Origin: Octopus sinensis
Lineage: Eukaryota
Assembly: GCF_006345805.1 (NCBI RefSeq)
Contig: NC_043022.1
Coordinates: 8,370,001 to 8,434,000 of the forward strand
DNA length: 64,000 nt
Direction: 5' to 3'
Under the pieces are notes generated by a model that saw nothing but the letters and a program-made list of their open reading frames with translations, did no database searches and was not told the origin of the DNA. Made by a program: the position numbers and the translations under genes. Within the stretch, counting starts at the first letter, position 1; every line of letters starts with the position of its first letter. Shown one piece after another: positions 27,440 through 40,675 of this stretch.

Positions 27440-28110
27440 TAGGCAAAGTAGCCTCCATTAGCTTCCACCACCGCCTCTCAAGACAGCTCCGGAACCTGGT
27501 GCATGCGTTTCTCACTGTATCCATGAAAGATCATCGAACATAAACTCGACATTTCTGTTGTAGGTAGAGTGGTTGCTGTCTTTTTCAAGCGCACGCCGCA
27601 CACAGTGATCCATGGGATTACAATTGGAGGTATTAGGAAATCAGAAATTGGGGCTGGTGAAGATGCAGAAATTCAACCACTTCTGACGCTTTCCAAGGGT
27701 ATGGCAAAGAGCGGAATCCTGCTGTTAGCAATATGACCTTAGACTCCATTCAGACATAACCGTTTGAATTGAGTCTAAGGCACTGTTAAAAGATGTGGAG
27801 CAGTATGACGTCATCCTGACTGGAGATACACTCAAAGAGTAATCTCCGTTGCAACTGTCCATGTCACATCTTACAGACTTTACAGTGTTCGCAGAACATT
27901 CAGCAGCAGTCATGATGTCGGCATTTTGATACCCGGCGCGAATCATTATGATACAGGTATCAGATGGCTTCCAGACGACCATGTCAGAGAAATTTTTCTC
28001 AGTTACAACTTTAAACTTTATGCTCTTTAACGCCGTTGGCTATTCACCAATACATCAAGCTATTCCTGAAAAAAATGGAGACAAAAAAAATCATCAAATT
28101 TAGCCCGAAT
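27440..28110 (-). pseudogene. internally deleted, degraded Tc1/mariner transposase (DD37D/maT-like)
   Basis: Minus-strand QQDSALCHT, FTSPNF*FPNTSNCNPMD (WPPNSPD.NP.DY-like) and N-terminal IIMIRAG...IMTAAECS. Confidence 0.6.
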
Positions 28111-28428
28111 ACGAACACTGTGTGTGTGGTATTGTACCCCCAGATGAGGCCAAACTATATACAAGCTAGGCTAGGAACTGAGTTGACTCGGAATCTCCCC
28201 CAGTTCTAATGATTTCATTTAACAGTTCAAAAAGCCTAATTCCGTTTTTTTGCAAAGAAGCAGGAGTTGTATACAAACTAAAGTCTTTGCAGGCGTGATT
28301 CCACCTACATCGCTGTAACTGAGAAACGAAAGCAGATGAATATATAATATATCGATTTCTGATATAAACACAACGTCTCAAATTTGTGGGAAGACTTAAA
28401 CCTCATTATATTGATCCTCAATCAGTGG

Positions 28429-28468
<40 letters not shown>

Positions 28469-28854
28469 CAATACCAGAATGAGGAAAGCAAGTTTGTCTT
28501 CGGCGGGAACAAAGCCTGCAATTTTGAGGGAAGGAGAAACCGGATTGTATTGACGCCAGTGCTAAACTAGTGTCTTATTTTACCAATCCCGAAAGGATGA
28601 AAGGCAAAGTCGAATTCTGCCGTATTTGAACTCAGAACATACAAAACCAGAAGATGTGAAGCATTTTCCGTGGCGGTGACGATTCTAGTAGCTCACCGCC
28701 TTCGTAACAATAAAAATATTGAATTTCTTACATTGGCATAATGGTACACTATTATTTAAGACATTGAATCGACTCCATTCGCCTATAACTTCTCTTCAAA
28801 TGTATGTTCATATAAAATCTTTAGTGTAAAATAAATGTTTTTTGTTGTTTAGCT

Positions 28855-29225
28855 TCAGCTCCATTCAGGTGGGTACGAAGAATGTTTGCCAGAATCTTGC
28901 CAGCAGCTAATATTAGAGCAATACCTCTGTAGTTGCCACACATTATTCTGGTTCCTTTTCCTTTATAGAGGGAAAGAATAATTGCATCATTCCCGTCTTT
29001 AGTAGTATTTTCAATGCTGGACTAGCGAGTCTGAAGCTCTTTTCGCAACACAGCATCATATATCTTCTGGACATTCAGACGCCAAGGAATACCAACTGGC
29101 CCTCTTCTCTCTTTCACTCTAATCACCACCCGGAACGTTCCTCGCACCAGACTGTGGTCTGTCCAGCATTCCGATCCGTGAAAGGACTTGACATTACAAA
29201 TGTCATAGATGTCACGCTTGCAGAT
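28855..29225 (-). pseudogene. RTE-clade LINE remnant (AP-endonuclease end joined to RT start)
   Basis: Minus-strand ECWTDHSLVRG followed by DAIILSLYKGKGTRIMCGNYRGIALILAAGKILANIL. Confidence 0.85.
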
Positions 29226-29257
29226 AATTACATTATATATATATATATATATATACT

Positions 29258-29626
29258 CTCTCTCTTTACTCTCTTTTACTTGTTTCAGTCATTTGACTGC
29301 GGCCATGCTGGAGCACCACCTTTTAGTACTTATTCTATCGGTCTCTTTTTGCCGAACCGCTAAGTGACGGGGACCTAAACACACCAGCATCGGTTGTCAA
29401 GCAATGCTAGGGGGACAAACACACACACACACACACACACATATACATATATATACATATATACAACGGGCTTCTTTCAGTTTCCGTCTACCAAATCCAC
29501 TCACAAGGCATTGGTCGGCCCGGGGCTATAGCAGAAGACACTTGCCCAAGATGCCACGCAGTGGGACTGAACCCGCAACCGTGTGGTTGGTTAGCAAGCT
29601 ACTTACCACACAGCCACTCCTGCGCC
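29258..29626 (-). mobile_element. tRNA-derived SINE, family A (CpGs retained)
   Basis: Reverse complement of the 8704 family, ending CAGCCACTCCTGCGCC. Confidence 0.92.
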
Positions 29627-29933
29627 TATATATATATATATATATATATATATACGTACGTTTACGCCACTAGGAACAGAACGAAAGATGAGGCTGATTG
29701 TGATGCACTATTTCATTGATCGTGCTTATAGAGTTTATATAGATGCAAATCATTACTGAGAGAACCAGAGAACATTGAAGTTGGCCTAAACTAAATGGAA
29801 GTATTATCGAAAAAATTAGAATCTCATGGTCTCTGCAAATATTATCGTTTAAGATTTCAAACTGGACTATGTCTCAAGCAGTGAGGACTAAATGCTTAAA
29901 CATGTTTAGTTTTGTTCTCTATGTCCTGTATTC

Positions 29934-30593
29934 AGATCTTACATTGAGGTAGGTTTTGCATTTAATCACGATCGGAGGACATGCATAATATAAATAAACT
30001 ATCGTTTATCAGGTTCACTGCAGAGTTATTCAATGTCCAAAACAAACCCAACGGTAATGCTGCTCCGTCAGTCAAGGGAGGTCACTCTCATAGGAGCTTA
30101 ATTTCAATTTAACAATTGTTTAAAATTTCTCTATACATTTTCTGGTTAACCTCCAGTGTTTGACCCGAGCAAAAAACGGAAAAAAAGTGTAATAAGTGTA
30201 AAACAACATGTAGTGAACGAATATGGAAAAAAAATGCGCACTGACGAACAGGGGGCGGGTTACACGACACGGGAATTCACATCGGGAGTGTTCTGAGTCC
30301 TCTCACCACTTCCCCGTTCGTCGGTGCGATGTTTTTCTTCGTATTAGTTTGTTACACATTATTTTACACCTAGTACACTATTTGTTTTTCAATTTTTCCG
30401 TTTTAGAATATTTGTTAAATTGAAATTAGGCTCCTACGAGAGTGACCTCCCTTGACTGACGGGGCAGTATGACCGTTGGGTTTGTTTTGGGCATTGAATA
30501 CCTCTGCAGTGAACCTGATAAACAATAGTTTATTTATATTATACGTGTCCTCCGATCGTGATTAAATGCAAAACCTACCCCAGTGTAATATCT
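29934..30593. repeat. 660-bp foldback: 182-bp inverted arms enclosing an inner inverted pair
   Basis: 29934-30115 is the imperfect reverse complement of 30412-30593; ~30173-30254 pairs with ~30312-30404. Confidence 0.92.
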
Positions 30594-30599
30594 GTGCAG

Positions 30600-30908
30600 A
30601 CTCGGATCGTTACACAATCCAGTAACTCGACTTCAACACCCGGCCACCAATAAAAAGCAAAATGCAATAGGTGTAAAATGTTGTGTACTAAACGATTATG
30701 AAGAAACTGCCCACTGGCGAACAGGGTGGGTGAGGACAGGACTCGGAAAATTCACACGATCAAACTCACAGGATCCGAAAACTCAATGTTAACACCCGGT
30801 CACAAAATAAAAAAGGTGTAGTAGGTGTAAAACAACATGTAATAAACGAATATAAAAAAAATGCGAGCAGGCGAACGGGGGTGGGGTCAGACGACTCCGA
30901 AAATACAC
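30600..30908 (+). repeat. two further tandem copies (~155-bp period) of the foldback's inner unit
   Basis: AACACCCGG...TAGGTGTAAAA...AAACGA.TAT...GGCGAAC.GGG...GACTC.GAAAAT at ~30635 and ~30791. Confidence 0.75.
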
Positions 30909-31320
30909 TTGCCCGAGGTGCCATGCAGTGGGACTGAACCCAGAACCGTATGGTTGGGAAGAATATCAATTTTCTTGAGGGAAAAAATTGGATCTTGTGA
31001 ATTGTCCTGGGCCGCACCCCTGTTTGCCTCTAATAAATACGCCTGATGGAGTTTCATATCAGGACGCCCACACAAGTTGGATTTCTCTGTTTTTGACAGA
31101 GATTTTTCCGAGGCGCACCAAAGATTTAAGCAAATATAATTCTATACTTTAGAAAATCCATACTAACATGTGTTTTTTCATAATTTTGTCATGCATAAAC
31201 AATATTCAGAAAACACTGAAAACAATCAGTTGTTAAAAGTGTTGTTATTTACATTTTGAAAGGTAACGAGTATAAATGAGTGAACAGCTCTGCAGATTTC
31301 ACAGATCTCAGAACATTGTA

Positions 31321-32599
31321 TTGAGTCATCCCATAAATAATGCGGTTTTTTATGTTTCTTTAATTTTTCAAAATTAAGATAAAGTTCTTTTTCAATATAA
31401 AATATACTTTCCTTCATTTTCTACAATGCTCTTCCATCTATCTGGTAGACTTGCAAGGCCCCTCTTCCAAAATTCACTTGTCTGTGATGAAAAATACTCC
31501 TCCTGTATTGTGCTGACCTTGTCTACAGAATTCAAATTTTTTTTTCTGTTCAAATGATTTTGAAGACTGCAGAATAAATGATAATCAAATGGTGCACTGT
31601 CCGGTGAATATGATGGGTAGGGCATCGTTTCCCATTCAAACTGCTCCAGCCTTTGGAATGTCATCCTTGCTGTATGTGGCCGAGCATTATCCTGATGGAA
31701 GAACACCTTTCGTCTTGAAACCAAAGATGGTCGTTTTTCTTCTAGTGCTGACCTAAACCACTCAAGCTGCTCACAATAGATCTCCTTTGTTATTGTTTAA
31801 TTTGGGTTTAAAAGTTCAAGGAAGACTAACCTTTCATATCCAACCAAACCAATAACAGCACATTACGTGGGTGAAGATCTTCTTTAGCCTGGGGTGTCAG
31901 TGTTTCTCCTTTCCTTACCCACTTTCTTTGGTACTTTACATTTTTATGGAGAACTCATTTCTCTCACAAGTCACTATTCAGTCCAAAAAAGGTTCATTTG
32001 TGAGCTGTGGCAGCAAAGAAGAGCACACATTCACTTTCTCTGCACTATTAAACTTGGAAAGATTCTGGGGAACCCATTGACTCAATTTACTGACTTTTTC
32101 GACGACATGCAGGTGTCGATGAATGGTTGAATGACCAAATCCAAGTTTCTCTGCTAGTTCTTTAATAGTTACAATAGGATTTTATTCCACCAGGGTTTGC
32201 AGGACATCCTTGTGGAGCTCTACAGATCTTCCAGGACAAGGTTCATCTTCTAGGCTGTAGTTTCAGGCTCGGAATTTCTGGAACCACCATTGACACTAGT
32301 TTATGCTTATTGTCTGATCCCATATACTGCATTAAAATTTCTTGCACTTTCTGTTGCGTTGTTGCCTTTATTGAGCTCATAAACCAAAATATGCCAAACA
32401 TGCTCCTTTGTCACTTCCATTATAACTTTGAGAAAATATATGTTAAATTCGAATTGCACTATTCAAAACCTTCACAAAGAACAAGACTAGGTAAAATTAC
32501 TTACTGCTTTTATAGCAAGTTGATGCAGGCTGTTTATCCCATCCCCCTCTGACTTTTAATTCATGCAGTTGTAAAAGACCACATTATGGAATAACCCAA
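31321..32599 (-). mobile_element. full-length mariner, 1279 bp (mellifera-subfamily-like)
   Basis: TA flanks (31319-20, 32600-01); imperfect TIRs TTGAGTCATCCCATAAATAATGCGGT / ACCACATTATGGAATAACCCAA. Confidence 0.9.
31392..32420 (-). pseudogene. mariner transposase pseudogene (D,D34D)
   Basis: ATG at 32418-20 (MEVTKEHVWHIL); FHQDNARPH and YSPDSAPFDYHLF motifs; frameshifts and stops. Confidence 0.9.
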
Positions 32600-34159
32600 T
32601 ACATGAAATAAACCAGGATGATAAAAATAAAGATTGAGTCTGTTGAGTTGGCCTTAGATTATTTCTACTTTAATTCTTAGAGAGGGAACAACAGTTTTGT
32701 ATGTTTATTTTTTCTATCAAATTTCAAATATTAAAACAGTTTAACATTTTCCATGAATTACATTACCCAATTTACATTACATAATGTCATACATTGCCAA
32801 TTTTTATTTTTTAAATTGCATAGTTCTAGTAAGCTCATTGGCCATTACCTAATGTGTTACCCTACTGGATTAGTCTTGCTATGCTTTGCCAAATTTCTTT
32901 CAGAGATCCTGGATGAACATAAGTTACATTACCTAATTTACATTATATGTGATACCTTACATACATTTTTTTAAAGATTGTAAAGTATAGTTTGAGTGGG
33001 AAAATCACAGCTATTTCTAGCAGGCTAATTTTTCTAAATTAGTCATGTTCACCTTTGCTAAATTTGTTTTGGAGGCCCTGGGTGGATGGGCTAGATGCAG
33101 TGCCATCTTAAAGCAAGGGTATACTGGGTAGTTGTCTGTATGTCTGTATGGGGTGGGTAGGTGGACAGTGCAAATAATTTATTTTAAACTTTTCTCATCA
33201 GTTACAATTTGATCTCCAAAGTGTTTCAGTGTCAGAAAGATTGACCACCTGTGCAGAGGAAAAGCAGCAACTTAATACAAACGATTTCATTTTCTTCCTA
33301 AAGATGGGGTTTCTTGGTCCCATTCTTGTCAATAATCCTTGAAAAGAGGATTGTCCTATACACATTAAGTTGCTATTGTTGTTTAGTTTCAGTCCCACTC
33401 AAGTAGATCTATGATAAAAATAATTCAAGACATCACCATCCAAATCTTAATGAGGCAAATTTTAGGGTGGGTTGTGTGTGTGTGTGTAATTTTAATTGAG
33501 TAATTTTCAAATGGTGGGTGTAACTTCGAATTATATCATATAATTCATGCTTTCCTTCAAAGACAGCATGAAATGATCTGAAAGTGATTTTCTGCTGTTT
33601 TTTATCAGGTAGAATGAATGTGTAAAAATTCCCTTTTGATCCATGTAGTGCACCCTCATTTAGGAAGATTTAGAATGTTGCTGCCTGCAAATTCTGTACT
33701 GGTGTCATTAAAATCCAGTCTCACAGAATAGTATTTGATTGACTTATGACTAAGCCACAAGAAGATGCTTGGGTGTCAGATAAACCTTATTTTTGTGATC
33801 CACTGAAAGAGCCTCTACACAGCACTTAATCTAGAGTAGCAACCAATTTTCTCTCAAATCAGTTCTTACACTTTTTTAAAAACCAGAAAGGACACCTTAA
33901 AAAATTGTCCCAATGCAAAATATAAAAAAGGAATAGAAAAATTTATGGCTAGCTTGTAGTTAATCATAGATATACTTAATCAGGGCTGATCTGATGCTGA
34001 ACAAGGACAAACTAGTAAAAAAGCCTTCATGGTGATGTTTAATTTTCTAGAAACAGCATCCAAAACATATAGACATGTTAGTTTCAGATGTTCTAATGCT
34101 TCAGTATGGGCTGAAAGAATGCTGTCTACATCAATATATATACATAAATACACTATTCA

Positions 34160-34560
34160 GCTCTATGCAGTGGTACTCTGTTCTGCTGTTTGTGTAACTT
34201 TCAATACCAAAGTTTGGTACAAGGCCTTCCAGGATTTTCCAGATGTATATCACTGCATATCTTTCCCACTTTTGTTCTAGGGAGATGAGTTTTAATTCTT
34301 TCAGTCTTTCCCAATAGCTAGTACGTTGCATTGAGATGATTTTCTTTGTGTAGCTGTAAAATTTTATAGTGTGGTGACCACAGTTGGGAGCAGTAGACCA
34401 AGTGTCTGAGGACCTATGCCCTCTAAAGGACTGTCCTTGTCTCCTTTTCTCTGGTATTGAAAGTTTGGAGGATCCATCCAGCTATCCATCTGCCTTTTAT
34501 TACCAAATTGGTAATATGCACTTTGAAAGATGCATCATTGGTCATGCACTGATTTTGATT
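34160..34560 (-). pseudogene. CR1-group LINE ORF2 C-terminal remnant
   Basis: SYWERLKELKLISLEQKWERYAVIYIWKILEGLVPNFGI. Confidence 0.85.
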
Positions 34561-34570
34561 CAGTGATTGC

Positions 34571-34618
<48 letters not shown>

Positions 34619-34630
34619 CATACATATATG

Positions 34631-34755
34631 TGGTATATATAATTACATATATATAATGTGTATATATATATACACATGGTATATATAATTACATATATAA
34701 TGTGTATATATATATATATACATACACACACACATGGTATATATAATTACATATT
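34631..34755. repeat. 3-copy AT-rich minisatellite (TGGTATATATAATTACATAT...)
   Basis: Unit starts at ~34631, ~34677 and ~34735. Confidence 0.75.
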
Positions 34756-36927
34756 AATTCAGTCCTGTGGTAACAGATGTCAGGAGGTCATTGATAGTTA
34801 AGAGATGTTCACAAAATATTAATAGTAAGGGGTTTTTTTTTGTTCTTGTTCGATTTTTCATTGTTTTTCTAAGTGACCCTTAACTTTTGGCCTATATATA
34901 TATATATTTGCATGATATATATAATTATATATATATATTGTGTGTGCGTATATATCACACACATACATACACATTTCTATTTACATATATATATAGGCAA
35001 TAACTAGGCTATTGAGTGACTTATTTGGGTCCCCATGCCAATATCAACGAGTTTCCCATCATATATAATCTCAATGATGAGGTGATTTTGGCTAGAATGT
35101 CTTCAATCACGTAAGTCTATTCAATCTGGAATGACCTAGGGCTAAACCACTGTACCAATAACTCACCACCTCCACCATTGGCCATCGTCATCTCTCTCAC
35201 ACTCTCTCTCTCTTTTACTGTGTTTTCCTATGAAACTTGTGACCTTGTTGCTAAGAAGAAAAAAAATCATTACTAAAAGAAGAAAAAAAAAAAGATTTGT
35301 GGTGTTGATGCTATTTTTATCTGTTTCGGTGGCAGAGTGGTTGGGAGGTACTAAAACGATATCAGCAGTGTGTTGTGGTAGTCAATGACAACAAGATATA
35401 GTGAACACCAACCAACTAGCTAGCCAACCAACCAACTTTATTGGTCTCCTCACTAGTGCAACTACCTATCTATGTTATCTATGTGTTAGTTCTGTCTGTA
35501 TGTGTATGTTTGTCCATGGTTGTTTGTGTATTTTTGTATGCGTTTATACCTTTCTTTAAAGATCAGAGTTTGTATATATATGAGAGTTTGTGTATATTCT
35601 TTTATTCATTTATTCTTTTACTTGTTTCAGTCATTTGAATGTGGCCATGCTGGAGCGCCGCCCTTTTGATCTGTCATTATTATGTCGTACTATATTTCTG
35701 TCTGTGCTTTTGTATGTGTTTGTGCCGTCTTTTAAAGATCAGGATTTGTATACATAAGTTTGTGCACATGTCTGTGTCTGTATGCTGTACTATGCATGTG
35801 TTTTTGTTTCCTTTTAAAGATCAGGTTTGGTGTATGTGCGTTTATGAATATATCTGTCAGTGTTTATGTGTGTTTCTTTAAATTTCTTGTAGGTATATGA
35901 TGTATGTATGTAGTATGTATATATATAAGATGTATGCATGCATGTATGAGTATAAGAAAGTATGTATATGTGGGCATGTGTTTGTGTGTTTCTGTCTCTA
36001 ATGATTTGGTAACAGTACGCATGGAAGCGTGTGTCTATATATGCATGTGTCTTTCCTTAAAGCTACTATGGATGTGTATGTGTGTATATATGTGTAAGTT
36101 TTAAATATGTTCACACTATGTATGCAAGCAAAGATGCATATGTATATGTCTTTGTGTATGTATGCACATGTCTGTTTTTATGTATTTATGTGCATATGCA
36201 TCTGTCTTTTATATGTATGTGTGTGTGTCTTTGCATATGTATGTGTGTGTGTGTGACTTTGCATATGTATGTGCACTTGTGTCTTCATGTCTGTGTATAT
36301 ATGTGCATGTGTATAAGTGTGTATAAGTCTGTCTTTTAAAGATCTGGAAGTTGTGACCTCTTTATTATTATATTTTCTTCTATGATAATTTGACCTACTT
36401 TTCTGGCATAAAATATCTTTCTTTAATTCTCCTTCCTCACTCATTGATGCACGTATGTGCAAATGTTGTATGCATGCGTGTAGGTGTGTCTGCGTAGATG
36501 TATAACTGTATAAGGTGTGTCAGCTGAGGTGTGTTTGTGTGTGCATATAAGTGTGTTGAGAAATACATTTATGTCGAAATGAAATTAACAAAAAATTCCA
36601 AAAACATTATTTATCACATTTACAAACTCTCCCATGAGCTAAAAAGTGAATGACCCTCTCAAAATGCTAGAAGTAGCTGCTAAATTTTCCTCAAATCACA
36701 TCCAACATTCTCAAAAAAAGATCAAGAAGCTCGCTTTGCTTCGACATGATTTCAGGTTCAGTTCTTCTGCGTAGCTTCTTTGACAAGTATCTTCTTCTAT
36801 AACCCTGGGCTGAACAATGTCTTGTAAGTGAATTTAGTAAATGGAAACTGAAGCCTATTTCAATGTGTATATTTTATATACACACTCACACACACACATA
36901 TATATATACACACACATACATACATAT

Positions 36928-37145
36928 CTTTTATCTTTTACTTGTCTCAGTCATTAGACTGTGGCCATGTTGGAGCACTGTCTTGAAGAGTTTTTGGTTA
37001 TAAGAATCGACCCCAGTACTTTTTTTAAAGCCTGATACTTATTCTATCGGTCACTTTTCCTGAACTGCTAAGTTATGGGGATATAAACAAACCAACATCA
37101 GTTGTCAAGTGGTGGTGAAGGACAAACACAGACATGAAGATGCAT

Positions 37146-37176
<31 letters not shown>

Positions 37177-37525
37177 TACACATGTACACACACACACACG
37201 CACATATATATATAAATGTGAAACAATGTGGGAAAAAAGAGTACTCAAATACCAGAGGTAGAGTAATGTTTTATTTAAAAGCAGTAGAAATATAACAAAA
37301 GCTGTTACTCAGAGTTTCACATTCCCGTTCAAGCTTATTTCAGTTTCCGTCTACCAAATTCATTCACAAGGCTGTAGTTGACCTAAGGCTATAGTATAAG
37401 GCACTTGCCCAAGGTCCCACACAGTGGGACTGAACCTGAACCCATTTGGTTAGGAAGCAAACTTCTTACCACTGAGCCACTCGCCGCATTTATGCATATT
37501 CTTACTACACAACCACACCTGCACC
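36928..37525 (-). mobile_element. SINE family A (CpG-decayed), interrupted by a Penelope-type fragment at ~37212-37330
   Basis: SINE halves flank a foreign block whose minus strand reads GAACGGGAATGTGAAACTCTGAGTAACAGC (partial HHR). Confidence 0.75.
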
Positions 37526-37642
37526 TATATATATATAGCAGATTAGAGTATTCTACTTTGCATGATGTATTGCTTGATATATATATATATATTATGTATA
37601 AATATGTTTATAATGGTGAGTCTACAATACTATTTCTTCAAA

Positions 37643-37682
37643 TATTTCCTGAAGAAGGGAACCTAACAGAAATATTGAAATA
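37643..37682 (+). ncRNA. minimal type I hammerhead-like motif
   Basis: TATTTC-CTGAAGA-AGGGAACCTAACA-GAAAT-ATT-GAAATA: 6-bp stem I, intact core, palindromic AATATT, weak stem II. Confidence 0.5.
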
Positions 37683-38279
37683 CTGGTTAAAAATACAAAT
37701 CATTAACCTGTATTATTTTTTTAGAACTTGCTTTGTTTTAGCATTATAAAATTTTTTTTTTATAATTAAAAACGTGTGTGTATGTTTGTCCCCTCAACAG
37801 CTTGATAACCAGTGTTGGCTGGTTTATGTCCCCATAACTTAGCAGTTGTGGCAAAAGAGACTGATAAAGTACAAAACTTTAAAAACATTGTACTCAGATC
37901 AATTTGTTCCAATTAAATCCTTGAAGTTGCTGTTCCAGCATGGCTGCAGTGCAATGACTGAATAAACAGTAATATTCTTTAATTTTGCCTGTTTTGCATA
38001 TCAGACAATTAATAGGATTGTGGATGGGTGGAGTCCATTTGCATAAATGAAAACCCTCCACTTTCTATCAAAATCCATGGACAACGCCATCCATGGATAG
38101 GATGTAAAACTGAACCATCAATGGCTTGTAGGTTACTGTCACATTTCCCTTCAATTCAATCTGTGATCTCCTTGTATTCAGGTGTTGGCTTGCCATGACT
38201 CTCATAGAGTTCCCTTGATATTGTGCTGCTGGTATACAATTATCCAGGATCTTGTATTTAGTATATGTTTTGATGTCAG

Positions 38280-38470
38280 TCCATAAATGTCTGACAGACT
38301 CTTGCTCTCTCTTCTCTCCACACTTCCTGTCAGGATGGTCTTTGGCAATGACTTTTGGCAAATTGCATGACCAAAATATGATAGCTGTGTGGACTTGATT
38401 CTTGATAAGTGTCTTTTGACTTTTAGATTTTCTGGTAATGTAGTGTTTGTTACTCTGTCTTTGCAGCAGA
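38280..38470 (-). pseudogene. RTE-clade LINE ORF C-terminal remnant
   Basis: RVTNTTL...SRIKSTQLSYFGHAICQKSLPKTILTGSVE. Confidence 0.8.
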
Positions 38471-39719
38471 GGGCCAATGGACTTAAAAACATAACAGTGG
38501 GTGGTCTAACATACCATAAGACAGGGTAAGTCAAAACATAGAAAGCAACTTCATTGTGAAAGGGATTAGAGGCCCCATCAACAATTGTCCCTAAGAAATG
38601 CCATTGATGATCCAAATAGAAACAACATTATGTGGTCTAGAATGTACAATGTAGGAAAAATATGAAATTATAAAAAAAAAGAAAACAGACAGTAGACATG
38701 GCTTGAATACTTTTGATGATAGGTCTGTCCAATCACAACTGCCCCTCCAGAAAAACACTAACAACAACAGAAATGAGCCATGTGCTTAATTTTACATAAC
38801 AAATCAATATTCATTGTTTTATTTAAATTTATCCTGTGTTTTTATCTATTTTTATTTATTTTATTTTTTTTTGCATATATAACACCACCAGAATTAGGTA
38901 TAAAATTATTCAGAGATGTTTATTAAAAAAAGAGAGAAAAATACACAAAGATATAAACAAAAATGTAATGTCTAATTTTCTTTCCAGCATAAATACATAT
39001 ATGTATATATATGTATTGTGCATATACACACATATTTGTGAATGTGTTTGTGTATGCATGTGTATATGTGTGTTTATATATATATAAGTTTGTATTTATA
39101 ATTGCATGACTATACATGTAAATATACATATCTGTATGTATGTATAAAGGTATATATGTATATATATATAATCACTTAATGCCCATTATCTATATAATAA
39201 ATGCATTCATGTGTGCATGAGTATATATATGTATATATATATGTATATATATATATATATATAATGTAGAGACAGACAGACAGATAGTTTTATTGAAACT
39301 AAAAAGACTTCAAAATCATTAATCTGAATGTCATGTAAATATTTTTTCCTACCTCTTTTGCACTCATGTGCTTGCATGCAAGTATATATGTATGTGTGTG
39401 TGTGTGTGTTCGCACGTGCGCATGCACACACACATACACACACACACACACACATTCACACATAAACACACACATACACACACACATATATGTATATATA
39501 TGAATATCATGTACTGAATTGAACTGGGAGTGGGAGTTATCCCCAAAGCTCTGTACCTCAGCATACAAGCAAACAAGCAAAACACATAGGATTGGAGGAG
39601 AATTGTCTCACCTCTTTATGACTTTCAGGTTTTTTAAATACCCAGTACTACGAGGGAGTTGTGTCCCTAAAGCACTGTACCACCGAGTACTGGTGGACAA
39701 GCAAAACACATGCATTGAG

Positions 39720-39999
39720 CAGTGGTGTAGCTAAAGTGAGTGCTGCCTGGGGTGGCCCTTCAGTTTGTCAGCTCTGCCCCCCCTCCCCTAACAAAACATA
39801 CATATTGCACAGGGACTACATCAATTTTTACATTTAATGGTGAGTAGTGTCTGTGTCCCAACATTAAAACCACTATTATTTGATTTTAATACATCTTATA
39901 CAGGCTTATATTCTACACCAAACCCAAAGTGGTGCCACACCCATAAAAGTGTGACCCGGGGCTGACTGCCCCTTTGCCACCCCTCGAGCTCTGCTAGTG
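39720..39999. mobile_element. hAT (Tip100-like) MITE
   Basis: Ends CAGTGGTGTAGCT / AGCTCTGCTAGTG; degenerate 8-bp TSD GCATTGAG / ACATTGAA. Confidence 0.6.
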
Positions 40000-40057
40000 A
40001 CATTGAATATTTGCAATCAAGTTTACAACACTTGTACTGCTTTTAATTCATAATTGG

Positions 40058-40108
<51 letters not shown>

Positions 40109-40333
40109 CATGCTCACACATGTGTGTATTGCTGTAATCTAGTTTGTTATAAAGTTGCATTCCTTTATGTCAAAACTCTTAATCAGTCAATAAAAATACA
40201 GTGATATAGTAAATATTAAACTTAAAAATGTACTGGGGTTGGCATGATTGACTGAAACACTGAAATGTGGCTCTCCAACTGAGTAAAAGAATCCAAGAAG
40301 ATTAGGCTAATGTTACTGAAGGATTATGAAACT

Positions 40334-40675
40334 GGTGCAGGTATGGCTATATGGTTAAGAAGCTCACTTTGCAACCATGTGATTCCAGGTTCTTTTCCAC
40401 TGTGTGACAACTTGGGTGTCTGCTACTATAGTCCTGAGCAGATCAATGCCTTGTGAGTGAATTTGGTTGATATAGACTGTATGGCAGCCTGTCTTATATG
40501 ATAACTAGCGTTTGTTTACATTCCTGTAACTTAGTGATTTGGCAAACGAGACCAATAGAATAAGTACCAGACTCAAAAAGGAAAATAAAAGTACTTGGGT
40601 CAATTTGTTCAACTAAACTTCTTCAAGGCAATGTCCCAGCATGGCCACAGTCCAATGACTAAAACAAATAAAAGT
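40334..40675 (+). mobile_element. SINE family A (CpG-decayed)
   Basis: GGTGCAGGTATGGCTATATGGTTAAG...CCAGCATGGCCACAGTCCAATGACTAAAAC. Confidence 0.8.

Noticed and set aside
30173-30908. Repeated units as a CRISPR-like array
   Set aside because: Units are long, diverged and in mixed orientation, with no cas genes, in a eukaryotic context
33201-33341. Plus-strand acceptor followed by a 46-codon frame
   Set aside because: Unrecognisable peptide and no linked exon; insufficient support
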